The notes under the pieces were generated by a model that searched no databases, was not told where the DNA came from, and saw only the letters and a list, made by a program, of their open reading frames with translations. A stretch of DNA of 64,000 nt from Candidatus Latescibacterota bacterium (GTDB lineage: Bacteria > Latescibacterota > UBA2968): the NCBI GenBank assembly GCA_965205975.1, contig OZ242195.1, positions 2,624,001 to 2,688,000 of the forward strand, given 5' to 3'. A program made the translations under genes and the position numbers. Each line of letters starts with the position of its first letter. Position 1 is the stretch's first letter. Shown here piece after piece: positions 10,787 to 21,222 of the stretch.

Positions 10787-11155
10787 GTGGCGCAGTTACT
10801 ATTCATAGCCGGTGGGGGTGCTCTGGGAGCCTTATTGCGCTACGGGATGTCCATAAGCATACACATCCTGTTCGGACGCGGCTTTCCCTATGGTACGCTC
10901 ACGGTCAACGTCACCGGATCGATCCTCATGGGGCTCCTTTACGTATGCCTGTCTGAATATATGGACATGCCCTGGCGCGATGGCCTGCTAATAGGTCTCC
11001 TGGGAGCGTTCACCACTTTTTCGACCTTTTCCATCGAAACCCTGCACCTGCTGGAAACGAGCCATCCTGTACTCGCCTTGATGAACATCATCTTAAGTGT
11101 CACCCTCTGCATCGCGGGATGCTGGATCGGCATTGTAATAGGGCGAGCACTATAA
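10787..11155 (+). CDS. crcB: Fluoride efflux channel CrcB/Fluc
   Basis: GGALGALLRY, FPYGTLTVN, GLLGAFTTFSTFS. Confidence 0.93.
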   Translation: MAQLLFIAGGGALGALLRYGMSISIHILFGRGFPYGTLTVNVTGSILMGLLYVCLSEYMDMPWRDGLLIGLLGAFTTFSTFSIETLHLLETSHPVLALMNIILSVTLCIAGCWIGIVIGRAL

Positions 11156-11266
11156 AGGGATTTATCATACTAAAAAAAATTAAATCCACAAGAACACTCT
11201 GACCAATGGCGTGTATAAACAGCACAGACAGAAGACAGTTACAGACACTACACAAAGGAGAATTGC

Positions 11267-12490
11267 ATGGTCAAACGCATCATCGCCATTGGCATCATCT
11301 TTTTCTGCATCGCAGTAGGCTGGATTATTCTGAGTGCCACCACCTACATACGCACAGAGGAACAGGACGACAAGCTCAAAAGTGCAGTGGGGCAACTCTG
11401 GGGCACAGCACAGACCCAGCGAGCACCGCAAATCTACTGGTTGGAGCGCGTCACCCACATCGAAACTATTGACGGCGAGTCTGTCTCACGCACAGTAGAT
11501 GAAAAACACTTCCTGAACCTGAAAGTCAGTCGCATTGAAGTTGACCTGTCTCTGGAACACCGGCGCAAAGGCTTGCTGTGGTATTCCACCTACCAGGTGC
11601 AATTCGCAGCCTCGTACACCTTGATCAACCCCACAGACCAGAATCGGCACCTGTCCTTCGACCTGGAACTACCAGCCCCGAATGCAGTGTACGACGACTT
11701 CACCTTAACCGTTGACGGTCAATCCATTGCCGAACTCCCAATCCGCAAGGGTCATTTAATCCAACCCATCGACCTATCACCTGGACAGGAACTCTCCATT
11801 GACCTCTCCTATCACTCCCAGGGCCTGGACGAATGGCGGTACAGTTTTGGGGACCACGTTAACCAGGTATCGGACTTTGAACTGGTGATGCATACGGACT
11901 TCGCCGCCATTGACTTTCCCCAAAACAGCATGTCTCCCACCTCGAGGACCCGCGATGGCGACGCCTGGACCCTGACGTGGAAATACAACCATCTCCTCAC
12001 CGGCATTGACCTGGGAATGATCCTTCCAGCCCGTCTCAATCCCGGCCCCTGGGTCGGCAAAGTCGTTGCCGCCGCCCCCATCTCCCTCTTTCTTTTTTTC
12101 TTTTTGCTCTTTATCTTTTCCATAGTGCGCGACCTCGACCTGCACCCGATGCACTATTTCTTCATCGGTGCCGCCTTCTTCAGTTTTCATTTGCTACTGG
12201 CTTATCTGGTTGACCACCTGATCATCCACTACGCATTTGTCCTATCTTCGGCGGTCTCCATTGTCCTCGTCATCTCGTACATGAGACTGGTCCTGGGCAC
12301 GCGCCTGGCATTTGTCGAAATCGGCCTGGGGCAATTTGTCTATCTCGTACTATTTTCCTACACCTTTTTCTTCCCCGGCTATACCGGACTGGCCGTCACC
12401 CTCTTGTGCATTGCGACCTTATTCGCTGTCATGCAATTCACCGGCCGCATCGACTGGAACGCGGTATTTAATAAGGAATCATCTCGATGA
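11267..12490 (+). CDS. CreD-like inner membrane protein
   Basis: N-terminal TM, large soluble domain, C-terminal TM bundle with LHPMHYFF and FHLLLAYLVDH. Confidence 0.7.
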   Translation: MVKRIIAIGIIFFCIAVGWIILSATTYIRTEEQDDKLKSAVGQLWGTAQTQRAPQIYWLERVTHIETIDGESVSRTVDEKHFLNLKVSRIEVDLSLEHRRKGLLWYSTYQVQFAASYTLINPTDQNRHLSFDLELPAPNAVYDDFTLTVDGQSIAELPIRKGHLIQPIDLSPGQELSIDLSYHSQGLDEWRYSFGDHVNQVSDFELVMHTDFAAIDFPQNSMSPTSRTRDGDAWTLTWKYNHLLTGIDLGMILPARLNPGPWVGKVVAAAPISLFLFFFLLFIFSIVRDLDLHPMHYFFIGAAFFSFHLLLAYLVDHLIIHYAFVLSSAVSIVLVISYMRLVLGTRLAFVEIGLGQFVYLVLFSYTFFFPGYTGLAVTLLCIATLFAVMQFTGRIDWNAVFNKESSR

Positions 12491-13923
12491 GTATATCAGT
12501 AGATAAAATCGACCTCAACGTTTTGAACATGCACACGCGATTTCCGTTTAAATACGGAATAGCATCGCTCGTGGCATTGCCCCATTTATTTGTGCGAGCG
12601 CGGGTCAAAGTCGATGGAAAAACAGAAATTGGATTGGCTGCAGAGGGACTGCCACCAAAGTGGTTCACCAAAAATCCAGACGCGCCGTTTGATTCCGATC
12701 TGGATGAAATGCTCACCGTTATCCAAAATGCCTGTGATATTGCCCTGCACAGCGATGCAGAAAATTCGGTATTTGATCTCTGGCAGACGATTTATGCCAA
12801 ACAGAGCGCGTGGGCCAAAACAACGGCCTATCCGCCGCTCTTATGGTCATTCGGCGTCAGCATGATCGAACGCGCAGTAATCGACGCCTTTTGTCGAACA
12901 AAAGGCGTGACATTTGCACAAGCTATAAAAGAAAATACATTGGGCATTCGCCTTGCCGACATCCACAGCGAATTGCACGGCAATGCCCCCGGCGACCTCT
13001 TGCCACACGCGGCGCGACGATCAATCACCGTACGGCACACCGTGGGCCTCGCCGATCCATTGACCGATAAAGACATCGCAGACGAAGATCGCGTCAATGA
13101 TGGCCTGCCGCAGTCATTGGCTGCAAATATCGAAGCCTATCAGTTGACACACCTGAAAATTAAGCTATGTGGCGATGCAGAACAGGACCTTGCTCGCCTT
13201 CGGCAAATCGCGGGCCTGATGCCCGATCAATGCGCCTTCACACTCGACGGCAACGAACAGTACACAGAGGTCGAACCCTTTAGAAAACTCTGGAACACCA
13301 TTCAAGGCGATACCGTGCTCTCATCTTTTATGGAAGGACTGATCTTTGTCGAGCAACCACTTCATCGCGACATGGCCCTCAGTGCAACCGTCAAAGCCGT
13401 ACTAACAGATTGGACCGACCGTCCCCCGATGATCATCGACGAATCCGACGGCGCGCTCGACAGTGCAACGCAGGCATTGGATTGCGGCTACGTGGGCATG
13501 AGCCACAAAAATTGTAAAGGCATCTTCAAAGGCATTGCCAATGCGTGCTTAATAGCCCATCGCCAACAACGCGACCCCTCGGGAACTTATGTCTTAAGCA
13601 GTGAGGACCTCGCCAATGTCGGTCCTGTAGCTTTATTACAGGACCTCGCGGTACTCGCTGTATTGGGCGTAGATCACTCAGAGCGCAACGGACATCACTA
13701 TTTTGCGGGATTGCACATGTATCCCGAAACCATCCAAAAACAAGTACTCGCGCATCACAGCACCCTTTATCGCCAACACGCGCGTGGCTTTCCCATTCTA
13801 AATGTACACAATGGCACACTCAACGTAGAAAGCGTAGTCGAAGCACCATTTGGTTATGGATTCGAACTGGACACCCTTCAATTTACCTCCCTCGCGGACT
13901 GGACCATAGATGAACTCGCCTGA
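12487..13923 (+). CDS. Enolase-superfamily (mandelate racemase-like) protein
   Basis: HLKIKL, LDGNEQY, VEQP, IIDES, EDL, ERNGHHY. Confidence 0.7.
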   Translation: MSISVDKIDLNVLNMHTRFPFKYGIASLVALPHLFVRARVKVDGKTEIGLAAEGLPPKWFTKNPDAPFDSDLDEMLTVIQNACDIALHSDAENSVFDLWQTIYAKQSAWAKTTAYPPLLWSFGVSMIERAVIDAFCRTKGVTFAQAIKENTLGIRLADIHSELHGNAPGDLLPHAARRSITVRHTVGLADPLTDKDIADEDRVNDGLPQSLAANIEAYQLTHLKIKLCGDAEQDLARLRQIAGLMPDQCAFTLDGNEQYTEVEPFRKLWNTIQGDTVLSSFMEGLIFVEQPLHRDMALSATVKAVLTDWTDRPPMIIDESDGALDSATQALDCGYVGMSHKNCKGIFKGIANACLIAHRQQRDPSGTYVLSSEDLANVGPVALLQDLAVLAVLGVDHSERNGHHYFAGLHMYPETIQKQVLAHHSTLYRQHARGFPILNVHNGTLNVESVVEAPFGYGFELDTLQFTSLADWTIDELA

Positions 13924-13934
13924 GGGCTAAAACA

Positions 13935-15296
13935 ATGACCATAAACTGGCACCACATCGAAAAAGAAGTAACAAATTTCTTACAGCACCTGATTCAGTGT
14001 AACACGACCAATCCCCCGGGCAATGAAATCCTGTGTGCAAATTATATTGCCGATGTATTGAAGCGCGAGGGCATTGATGCTACGATTACAGAATCAGAAC
14101 CCGGACGCGGAAATGTCACAGCGCGCTTAAAAGGTGGAAAGGAACCCGCGCTCATGCTATTGGGACACACAGACGTCGTCGCCGTAGAACCCGATAAATG
14201 GTCGCGCGACCCCTTTGGGGGAGAATTGCACAACGGCTATATCTGGGGGCGCGGCGCACTGGACATGAAAAACATGGTCGCGGCAGAACTCATGGTCTTC
14301 TTGCTCTTAAAACGGCAGGGAGTGACACTAAACCGCGACGTAATCTATGCGGCAACCGCAGATGAAGAAGCGGGCAGAGGAAACCACGGCATTGGTTGGC
14401 TCATCGATCGCCATCCCGAACAAGTCAATGCAAAATACGTATTGACAGAAGGCGGAGGCGGAGATTTTTATGTAAATGGAAAACACTTTTATACGTGTCA
14501 AACGGGACAAAAAGGCATTTTTCGCTTTCGCCTGCAAGCAAAAGGACGCCCAGGACACGGCTCCCGCCCGCACCGCGACAATGCAGTCATCAAACTCAGC
14601 CGCGCCATTGCTGCATTGGGACAGGCAAAACTTCCAATGCATCCCTCAAAAACACTGCGCGCATTTTTAGAAGGCATTGCGGCGACACAGGACGATGAGA
14701 CTGCACAACAGTTGCGTCGAGTACTCGATACAGAAAACAGTGAGAACGCATTGCAAAAATTGCCTCTCGCGCCAGATATAATCGCCTCACTGCGCGCCCT
14801 ATTGCAAAATACGATCTCACCAACAATCCTCGAAGCAGGCAGTAAAATCAATGTCATACCCGCCGAAGCAACTGCGCGGATTGACGGCCGGCTCGCGCCC
14901 GGCCAGACCGATAAGAGCTTTGAAGCCGAAATCCGACCCTGTATTGGCTGTGAAATCGACCTCATCACAGATCAATACAGCCCCCCCTTAGAGACGAGTA
15001 CAAATTCGCCCCTGTACGAAACCATTGTCCATGTTATGGCAGAACGAGACCCAGACGCCACCGTAGTTCCCGCTCTGATGACCGGAGGCACAGACGCCAA
15101 GCATATTTGCCCGCGCTGGCCCCACGTACAGGTTTACGGATTTATGCCCCACCGGCAAGTCCCGGGAGAAGAAGAAATGAATCTGATACACGGTCATAAC
15201 GAACGCATCTCAGTCGAAAATCTCGTCTTTGCAACGCGCATTTTATACGATATTGTAATGCGATTTTGCCAATCCTCACCGGGAGATAACGCATGA
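13935..15296 (+). CDS. M20/M25/M40 family metallopeptidase
   Basis: GHTDVV, GRGALDMK, ADEEAG, GGTDAK, HGHNER. Confidence 0.92.
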   Translation: MTINWHHIEKEVTNFLQHLIQCNTTNPPGNEILCANYIADVLKREGIDATITESEPGRGNVTARLKGGKEPALMLLGHTDVVAVEPDKWSRDPFGGELHNGYIWGRGALDMKNMVAAELMVFLLLKRQGVTLNRDVIYAATADEEAGRGNHGIGWLIDRHPEQVNAKYVLTEGGGGDFYVNGKHFYTCQTGQKGIFRFRLQAKGRPGHGSRPHRDNAVIKLSRAIAALGQAKLPMHPSKTLRAFLEGIAATQDDETAQQLRRVLDTENSENALQKLPLAPDIIASLRALLQNTISPTILEAGSKINVIPAEATARIDGRLAPGQTDKSFEAEIRPCIGCEIDLITDQYSPPLETSTNSPLYETIVHVMAERDPDATVVPALMTGGTDAKHICPRWPHVQVYGFMPHRQVPGEEEMNLIHGHNERISVENLVFATRILYDIVMRFCQSSPGDNA

Positions 15297-16258
15297 AAAT
15301 TCTGGTGACAGATTATGCCTGGGCAAATTTAGACGTAGAAAAAAGTGTCCTAAATGAAATCGGTGCCGAACTCATTCCCGCATCCGATGGCGAGGAAAAA
15401 ACACTTGTCCAATTGGCGCAAGGGTGCTGCGGCATCATGACCTGCTGGGCGCAAACAACGCGCGCGGTTATCGCATCTGCATTGCCCGATCTGAAAGTAA
15501 TCGTGCGATACGGCGTAGGACTGGACAATATCGATGTAGCCTATGCAACCGAACAGGGCATTCCCGTAGCCAATGTACCCGATTATTGTTTTATCGACGT
15601 AGCCGAGCAAACCATGGCCCTGCTATTGGGACTTTCGCACAAAGTCGCGCAATTTGATCGGCTAATTCGCAGCGGCACATGGGATATTCAGGCCGGCTTG
15701 CCCATGCGGCGTTTAACGGGACAGGTACTCGGATTAATCGGCTTTGGACAAATTGCGCGCGAAGTTGTTCCCCGCGCACGGGCTTTTGGGCTACATGTAT
15801 TGGCCTACTCGCGGTCTTTGACACCAGAACAAGCGCGCGCCTGTGGCGTCGAATCCACAGACCTGGACACCTTGCTTCGCACATCGGATTTTGTATCGCT
15901 CCACTGCCCATCTACCGATGAAACGCGAAGCCTGATCAATGCCGATAACCTCTCAAAAATGAAGCCGACAGCGTGTTTGATCAACACATCGCGGGGCGAT
16001 ATTATCAATGAAGCAGCACTACTTGAGGCATTGGAAAATAACACCATTGCAGGTGCTGCCCTCGACGTGCGATGTCAGGAACCGCCCGAAGCGGGGGATC
16101 GTTTAATCCACACAGATCGGGTAATTCACAGCCCACATTCGGCTTTTTATTCGGAAGAATCACTCATTGAATTACAAAAAAAAGCCGCCTGGGAAGCGCG
16201 GCGAGTTCTGGCGGGAAAGACCCCCGTGCATCTGGTCAATCCGGAAATAGACGAATAG
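15293..16258 (+). CDS. D-isomer-specific 2-hydroxyacid dehydrogenase
   Basis: GLIGFGQIA, INTSRG, GAALDV, SPHSAF. Confidence 0.92.
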   Translation: MKILVTDYAWANLDVEKSVLNEIGAELIPASDGEEKTLVQLAQGCCGIMTCWAQTTRAVIASALPDLKVIVRYGVGLDNIDVAYATEQGIPVANVPDYCFIDVAEQTMALLLGLSHKVAQFDRLIRSGTWDIQAGLPMRRLTGQVLGLIGFGQIAREVVPRARAFGLHVLAYSRSLTPEQARACGVESTDLDTLLRTSDFVSLHCPSTDETRSLINADNLSKMKPTACLINTSRGDIINEAALLEALENNTIAGAALDVRCQEPPEAGDRLIHTDRVIHSPHSAFYSEESLIELQKKAAWEARRVLAGKTPVHLVNPEIDE

Positions 16259-16338
16259 ACGAATAGACGAATAGACGAACCCCGCCCTACCACCCAAAGT
16301 TGTTATAAACTCCGTCGTTGATTCGTTGATTCGTTGAT
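16246..16338. repeat. (AATAGACG)x4 plus (TCGTTGAT)x3 forming an imperfect inverted repeat, with a GTAG REP-like half site between them
   Basis: Copies at 16246-16277 and 16315-16338; 16277-16290 reads GTAGGGCGGGGTTC on the minus strand. Confidence 0.85.
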
Positions 16339-16358
16339 TCATTGAAAGGAGTATCAGT

Positions 16359-17348
16359 GTGAGCAAACCAAAAGTCGGTATTGTAATTCGGAAATCGCTC
16401 AGAGAAAGAATTCTGAGTGATCGGGAATTGGAAACATTAGAAAGTTTTGCAGAAGTGACCATAAACGACGAAGACCGCGATATCGTAGATGGTGAAGCGG
16501 CTGAATTTCTGAACGGAATGGACGGGGCAATGACGAGTTGGAACTCGGGCGATTTGACACCTGCCATTCTGGAAGGCGTGCCAACGCTAAAAATTTGGGC
16601 TTATGGCGCGGGCACTGTAAAGGGAAAAATCTGCGATGAAGCCTGGGAAAAAGATATTGTGGTAACAAGTGCCGCACCCGCGATAGCCGATGATGTCGCA
16701 GAAATGACCATGGGATTCATGACCATGGGATTGCGCCGGGTATTTTCCCATTCACGCGCCATGCGAGAAGGTGAGAGAAAACCGGACAAGACCGAATCCC
16801 GCTCGCTGTATCGGCGCACAATCGGCGTCATCAGCGCCAGCCAGGTCGGGCAGCGCGTAATGCGGTTGTTGCAACCTTATCAGACGCGCACATTGCTCTA
16901 CGACCCCTTTGTGTCGCCAGAGCGAGCAGAGGAATTTGGCGCAGAACTCGCGGACCTGGAGACAATAGCGCGCGAAGCAGAAGTGGTAACCGTTCACGCC
17001 CCCAAATTAGACGCGACATATCACCTCTGGAATGAGACACATTTCAAACTCATGCGCGACGACTGCGTATTTATCAACACATCGCGCGGTGCCAATATCG
17101 ACGAAGCTGCGTTGATCGCAGAATTGCAAAAAGGGCGATTCTCCGCTTTCTTAGACGTAACCGATCCCGAACCCCCTGCTATGGACAGCCCACTGCGCCG
17201 TTTGCCCAACGTGGTCTTAACACCGCATTGTGCCGGGCTGCAATCCTATCGCATCGGCGCACTGGTAGTCGAAGAACTGCGCCGATTTTTTGCGAACGAA
17301 GACCAACTATTTCAAGTCAAACGAGAAATGCTGGATCGGCTGGCATAG
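16359..17348 (+). CDS. D-isomer-specific 2-hydroxyacid dehydrogenase
   Basis: [29 protein letters not shown]. Confidence 0.88.
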   Translation: MSKPKVGIVIRKSLRERILSDRELETLESFAEVTINDEDRDIVDGEAAEFLNGMDGAMTSWNSGDLTPAILEGVPTLKIWAYGAGTVKGKICDEAWEKDIVVTSAAPAIADDVAEMTMGFMTMGLRRVFSHSRAMREGERKPDKTESRSLYRRTIGVISASQVGQRVMRLLQPYQTRTLLYDPFVSPERAEEFGAELADLETIAREAEVVTVHAPKLDATYHLWNETHFKLMRDDCVFINTSRGANIDEAALIAELQKGRFSAFLDVTDPEPPAMDSPLRRLPNVVLTPHCAGLQSYRIGALVVEELRRFFANEDQLFQVKREMLDRLA

Positions 17349-17358
17349 GAAGGATATA

Positions 17359-17847
17359 ATGCAAAAACGCGTAGATTATTTATCGTGGGATGAGTATTTT
17401 ATGGGTGTGGCCTTGCTATCAGCTCAACGAAGCAAAGACCCCAATACACAGGTGGGCGCGTGTATTATCAACGAAAAAAAGAAAATCGTGGGCATTGGAT
17501 ACAACGGATTGCCCATTGGATGTTCGGACGATGAGTTTCCCTGGGGCAGAGAAGGCGACTTCCTCGACACAAAATATCCCTATATCTGCCATGCAGAATT
17601 GAATGCAATCCTGAACAAAATCAGCGCAGACTTACACGAATGTACGCTTTACGTCACTTTATTTCCGTGCAATGAATGTGCAAAAGTAATTATTCAGTCG
17701 GGCATTCGTGAAGTGATCTATCTGGCGAATAAATATCCAAAGTCCGATTCTATAAAAGCCACTTACCGCATGTTTGACAGCTCGGGTATTCGCTATCGCG
17801 TTCTAAAAGAACATCGAGAGCGCGTTGTCCTTGATTTCAGAGTCTGA
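17359..17847 (+). CDS. dCMP deaminase
   Basis: [31 protein letters not shown]. Confidence 0.93.
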   Translation: MQKRVDYLSWDEYFMGVALLSAQRSKDPNTQVGACIINEKKKIVGIGYNGLPIGCSDDEFPWGREGDFLDTKYPYICHAELNAILNKISADLHECTLYVTLFPCNECAKVIIQSGIREVIYLANKYPKSDSIKATYRMFDSSGIRYRVLKEHRERVVLDFRV

Positions 17848-17854
17848 GGCAGTC

Positions 17855-18886
17855 ATGGCATCTCCGACACTTCAAAATAGCATGGACACTAAGGCATTGT
17901 CAGGCGCGACCGATTTGAAACGCGCACTCGTGGACGTTTTATACCGAAGGCAGTTTGGTGCATTGCTAATTTTTAGCATTGATCCCCTCAATCGGGCGCC
18001 CGGGGACAATATAGAGCAAGCGCTTAAAGTGCTAAATTCCATTGTTATTCCCACCCCCGAAAGCTTTCGCATAACAGATGACAAAATTGTCGTGCTTTTT
18101 GATGCCGATGATGCGCGTGTTCGTGAAATCCCATCATCTCTGCCTGCCGTGATTGCCGGGCAAACAGGACACCGCGTATCTTGCGGTGGTGTTAAAATTT
18201 CGAGCGAAGATTATGGCCTGCACCCCCAAATGTCCGAGATGATCTTTTCCACTGCCCAATGCGTACTCGCCCGGGCGCAACAACACGCAATCCCGCACGT
18301 GGTCTGGTTGACCGAGAAATCTGCAGAGGATATATTATATCTAACAGATATTTCCCTGAACTTTTTTCGAGAAATTGCGCGTATCAACGCCACGCGAGTG
18401 CAAAGAATGACATTGGAATCGCGCACAGATTTTTTGACAGGTCTTTACAATCGGCGCGGTTTTGAAGCAGTATTTACACGTATGGTGCGACGCGCAAATC
18501 GCAATGGAAACCCCCTCGCGCTCTACTACATAGATTCCGATTCGCTCAAGGCGATCAACGACAGCAAAGGGCACGATGCGGGCGACCGATTTATTGTAGA
18601 TTTGGCACAAGTATTGAATGACATGCTGCGCGCATCGGATTTGTTATCGCGGTGGGCGGGAGATGAATTTGCTGCGGTAGTTGAAAATACGCCGCGAGCG
18701 CGTGCTTATGCGATAGCCCGCCGTTTGAACCGGGCCGTTGATGAAAGCACAGAAGGCACGATATCCATTGGGGTTTATCACGGCGTACCCAAATCAATGG
18801 AAGACGCGTTTCGACAAGCAGATGCTGCCCTTTACCGCGTAAAAAACCGCGGTAAAAATGATATAGAACTGGCTGACCCGGTTTAG
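17855..18886 (+). CDS. GGDEF-domain protein (diguanylate cyclase, AGDEF variant)
   Basis: DFLTGLYNRR, IND--GHDAGD, RASD I-site five residues before AGDEF, ADAALYRVK. Confidence 0.85.
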   Translation: MASPTLQNSMDTKALSGATDLKRALVDVLYRRQFGALLIFSIDPLNRAPGDNIEQALKVLNSIVIPTPESFRITDDKIVVLFDADDARVREIPSSLPAVIAGQTGHRVSCGGVKISSEDYGLHPQMSEMIFSTAQCVLARAQQHAIPHVVWLTEKSAEDILYLTDISLNFFREIARINATRVQRMTLESRTDFLTGLYNRRGFEAVFTRMVRRANRNGNPLALYYIDSDSLKAINDSKGHDAGDRFIVDLAQVLNDMLRASDLLSRWAGDEFAAVVENTPRARAYAIARRLNRAVDESTEGTISIGVYHGVPKSMEDAFRQADAALYRVKNRGKNDIELADPV

Positions 18887-18962
18887 AAACCCGGAATGGG
18901 TTTACATCGTCTTATTAAAGATTACGAGAAGGATCTACCCGTTCATTTGAAGGAGACATATC

Positions 18963-19505
18963 ATGCCAAAAAAGAAACGCTACGGAATGAATAAATACCA
19001 GAAAAGAGCAAAAAAAGTAGGCGAACTTCGGTTGCGACAAGAAGATATTCCGCATTATCTCGCACTGGCGGAAAGCGACGACCCGGCAGACCGGCACGAA
19101 GCCGCTGCCAATTTGTGTCCGTGCCATGTGCGGCATCCCGTTCCCGAAATACAGACCGCGCTATTTAAGCTCATGGAAGACCCCGACTCAAACGTGCGCG
19201 CCCGCGCCTGGCACACGCTGGAAGATGGCGGCGTACCTGACGATCCGAGAATGGATGAAATTTTTGAACGCGCCCGTCAAAATGAAACCGATAAGACAGT
19301 GCTGAACTTTATGCGACAGGTGGAAAACGAAAATTACGCGCACAAAGAACGCACCATGCTCAAAGTCGCAGCCCAATCGGAATACGATCAGACTGGCCGA
19401 TGCGATTTTTGCGGAACAACCGGCAGGGTAAAAACAGATTTTGACACCGAAATACCCGATGGCGGGCAGATGCGCTTTGCATTGGTATGCGAAGATTGTA
19501 GATAA
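18963..19505 (+). CDS. HEAT-repeat protein with C-terminal CxxC...CxxC motif
   Basis: LMEDPDSNVRARAWHTL HEAT-like repeat; CDFC and CEDC. Confidence 0.65.
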   Translation: MPKKKRYGMNKYQKRAKKVGELRLRQEDIPHYLALAESDDPADRHEAAANLCPCHVRHPVPEIQTALFKLMEDPDSNVRARAWHTLEDGGVPDDPRMDEIFERARQNETDKTVLNFMRQVENENYAHKERTMLKVAAQSEYDQTGRCDFCGTTGRVKTDFDTEIPDGGQMRFALVCEDCR

Positions 19506-19511
19506 AAATGA

Positions 19512-19537
19512 GTAGGGGCGACCCCCTGTGGTCGCCC
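19512..19537 (+). repeat. REP-like element (GTAG followed by a hairpin)
   Basis: GTAG-GGGCGACC-CCCTGT-GGTCGCCC just after a stop codon. Confidence 0.65.
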
Positions 19538-19591
19538 ACTTTACCAGAGTGCTAATGTAGTTGTATTCCAATTCAACAAAGGATTTTTTTT

Positions 19592-19846
19592 ATGATCGAA
19601 GGACCATCAGAAATTGAGTATCCGTGTTTATGGAATTTTAAGATCATTGGCCGCGAAGAAGAACACATGCGTCGGGCGATTGCCAAAATTGTGGGCGATA
19701 GCGATTATACCCTGACCTTTTCAAATCAGAGCAGGCACGGGAAGTATCGCAGCTTAAACCTGGACATGGTCGTCCTCGACGAATCCCACCGCCTCAATAT
19801 CTATGAGGCTCTCAGACATCATCGCAGTATTCAAATTGTGCTTTAA
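19592..19846 (+). CDS. DUF493 (YbeD/HP0495) family protein
   Basis: IEYPCLWNFKIIG, SRHGKYRSLNL, C-terminal VL. Confidence 0.85.
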   Translation: MIEGPSEIEYPCLWNFKIIGREEEHMRRAIAKIVGDSDYTLTFSNQSRHGKYRSLNLDMVVLDESHRLNIYEALRHHRSIQIVL

Positions 19847-19981
19847 ATCCGTCCGTTTTTCCTATTTTATCTTGACAATCCACGCCATTTCTTGCACTAT
19901 TTACGGCTTGCGATCCTCGCTTATTACGGTGCTGTCGTAGTGGAATGAAACAACCTCTACGATTGAGGATTGGAGCAAAAA

Positions 19982-20299
19982 ATGGCTCGCGTACCCAGCA
20001 ATCGAATTGCGACACATCCTGGTGCTTTGTTGCTTGAACAGATAGAAGAAATGGGACTGACCGTTAATGGCGTTGCCCGAGACATCAACCTGCCAGCAAC
20101 CCGCTTGCATGAGATTGTCCATGAACGCCGAGGCGTGAGTGCAGAGACAGCAATCGCTCTGGGAGTGTATTTTGGACAGACTCCAGAATTTTGGATGAAC
20201 GCTCAGAAGACGTATGAGCTATCAAAGGAATTAGTTGAAAACGGTGAGGAAATTTACGCGAGAATCCGTCGCCGTGCAAAAACTCAAGCTGCGATTTAG
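19982..20299 (+). CDS. higA: HigA family addiction-module antitoxin (no HigB seen)
   Basis: HPGALL, HTH, AIALGVYFGQTPEFWMNAQ. Confidence 0.9.
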   Translation: MARVPSNRIATHPGALLLEQIEEMGLTVNGVARDINLPATRLHEIVHERRGVSAETAIALGVYFGQTPEFWMNAQKTYELSKELVENGEEIYARIRRRAKTQAAI

Positions 20300-20537
20300 C
20301 ATATCATCTGGGGACGACATTTTCCTACGGTCAAATGTTGTTCTTTCAAGGATAATGTAACTACAATAATCACAGGATTTTGCCGTATCTAATACAAGTA
20401 ATTCAGTTAGATTATCCAAAAAAAGATAGTGTACTTCCCGAAAGTCGTGGTCACTGGCTAAGCTATGTTTATGATCGGGCTACTTGTTACTGCATGAGGT
20501 CATCATATACTCATTCAGAGAATTAGGCACTCATAAA

Positions 20538-21017
20538 ATGACAAACAACTTTCAACGTGAAGGATCATCTAGCAATTCCCATGTTGGGAGAGATTTTGAA
20601 GAGGCTGCAATTGGTGTGCTTGCCGAGTGTGGTGTAAAAGTTCGAAAGAAATATTCTGTAGAGGTAGGAGTCTCTAATTTCAAAAAGCATCACGAATTTG
20701 ACTTAGGTGCAGATCACCCTCCTACCATAGTTGAGTGTAAATCCCACAGATGGACAAAAGGTGGGAATGTCCCGAGTGCCAAGATGACCAACTGGAATGA
20801 GGCGATGTATTACTTTGCATGTTTGCCACCCAAATTTCGTAAGATATTCTTTGTTTTGAGAGATGTTCGAGAGAAAAGAGGAAAATCAGAATCATTGGCT
20901 GAGTACTACATCAGGACATATTATCACTTAATTCCCTCTGACGTTGAAATTTGGGAGTTTGATGATAAAATAAATGAAGCCGAGATCGTGTATGAAGCAT
21001 CTTTAGGTCTGAAATGA
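20538..21017 (+). CDS. PD-(D/E)XK nuclease-like protein
   Basis: GRDFE, EFDL, IVECKS motif; lower GC than flanks. Confidence 0.6.
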   Translation: MTNNFQREGSSSNSHVGRDFEEAAIGVLAECGVKVRKKYSVEVGVSNFKKHHEFDLGADHPPTIVECKSHRWTKGGNVPSAKMTNWNEAMYYFACLPPKFRKIFFVLRDVREKRGKSESLAEYYIRTYYHLIPSDVEIWEFDDKINEAEIVYEASLGLK

Positions 21018-21026
21018 AGGCAGTGC

Positions 21027-21098
21027 ATCGCACTGAAGGTGTATTTTGGGCAAACGCCGGAATTTTGGATGAATACTCAGAAAATGTATAAACTATCA
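21027..21098 (+). pseudogene. higA C-terminal fragment
   Basis: Translates to IALKVYFGQTPEFWMNTQKMYKLS, 20/24 identical to the HigA at 19982-20299. Confidence 0.8.
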
Positions 21099-21222
21099 GG
21101 TGCCGAGGCGAGTTAGTCAGTGACCGATTGCCTTGAGGTATCCAATATCCAAGCAATATTATACTCTTAGATATTTTGTGAATGGTGGTTTGCTCTTACA
21201 CGCCATCTACAGGGAGAACGAA

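Noticed and set aside
10220..10787. Fluoride riboswitch upstream of crcB
   Set aside because: No recognisable crcB-motif consensus by eye; an Infernal search would settle it.
16246..16338. Possible CRISPR array
   Set aside because: Units are 8 bp with no spacers and there are no cas genes; I saw no repeat-spacer array anywhere in the window.
19850..19981. HigB toxin upstream of higA
   Set aside because: The gap is too short and has no ORF with RelE/HigB features.
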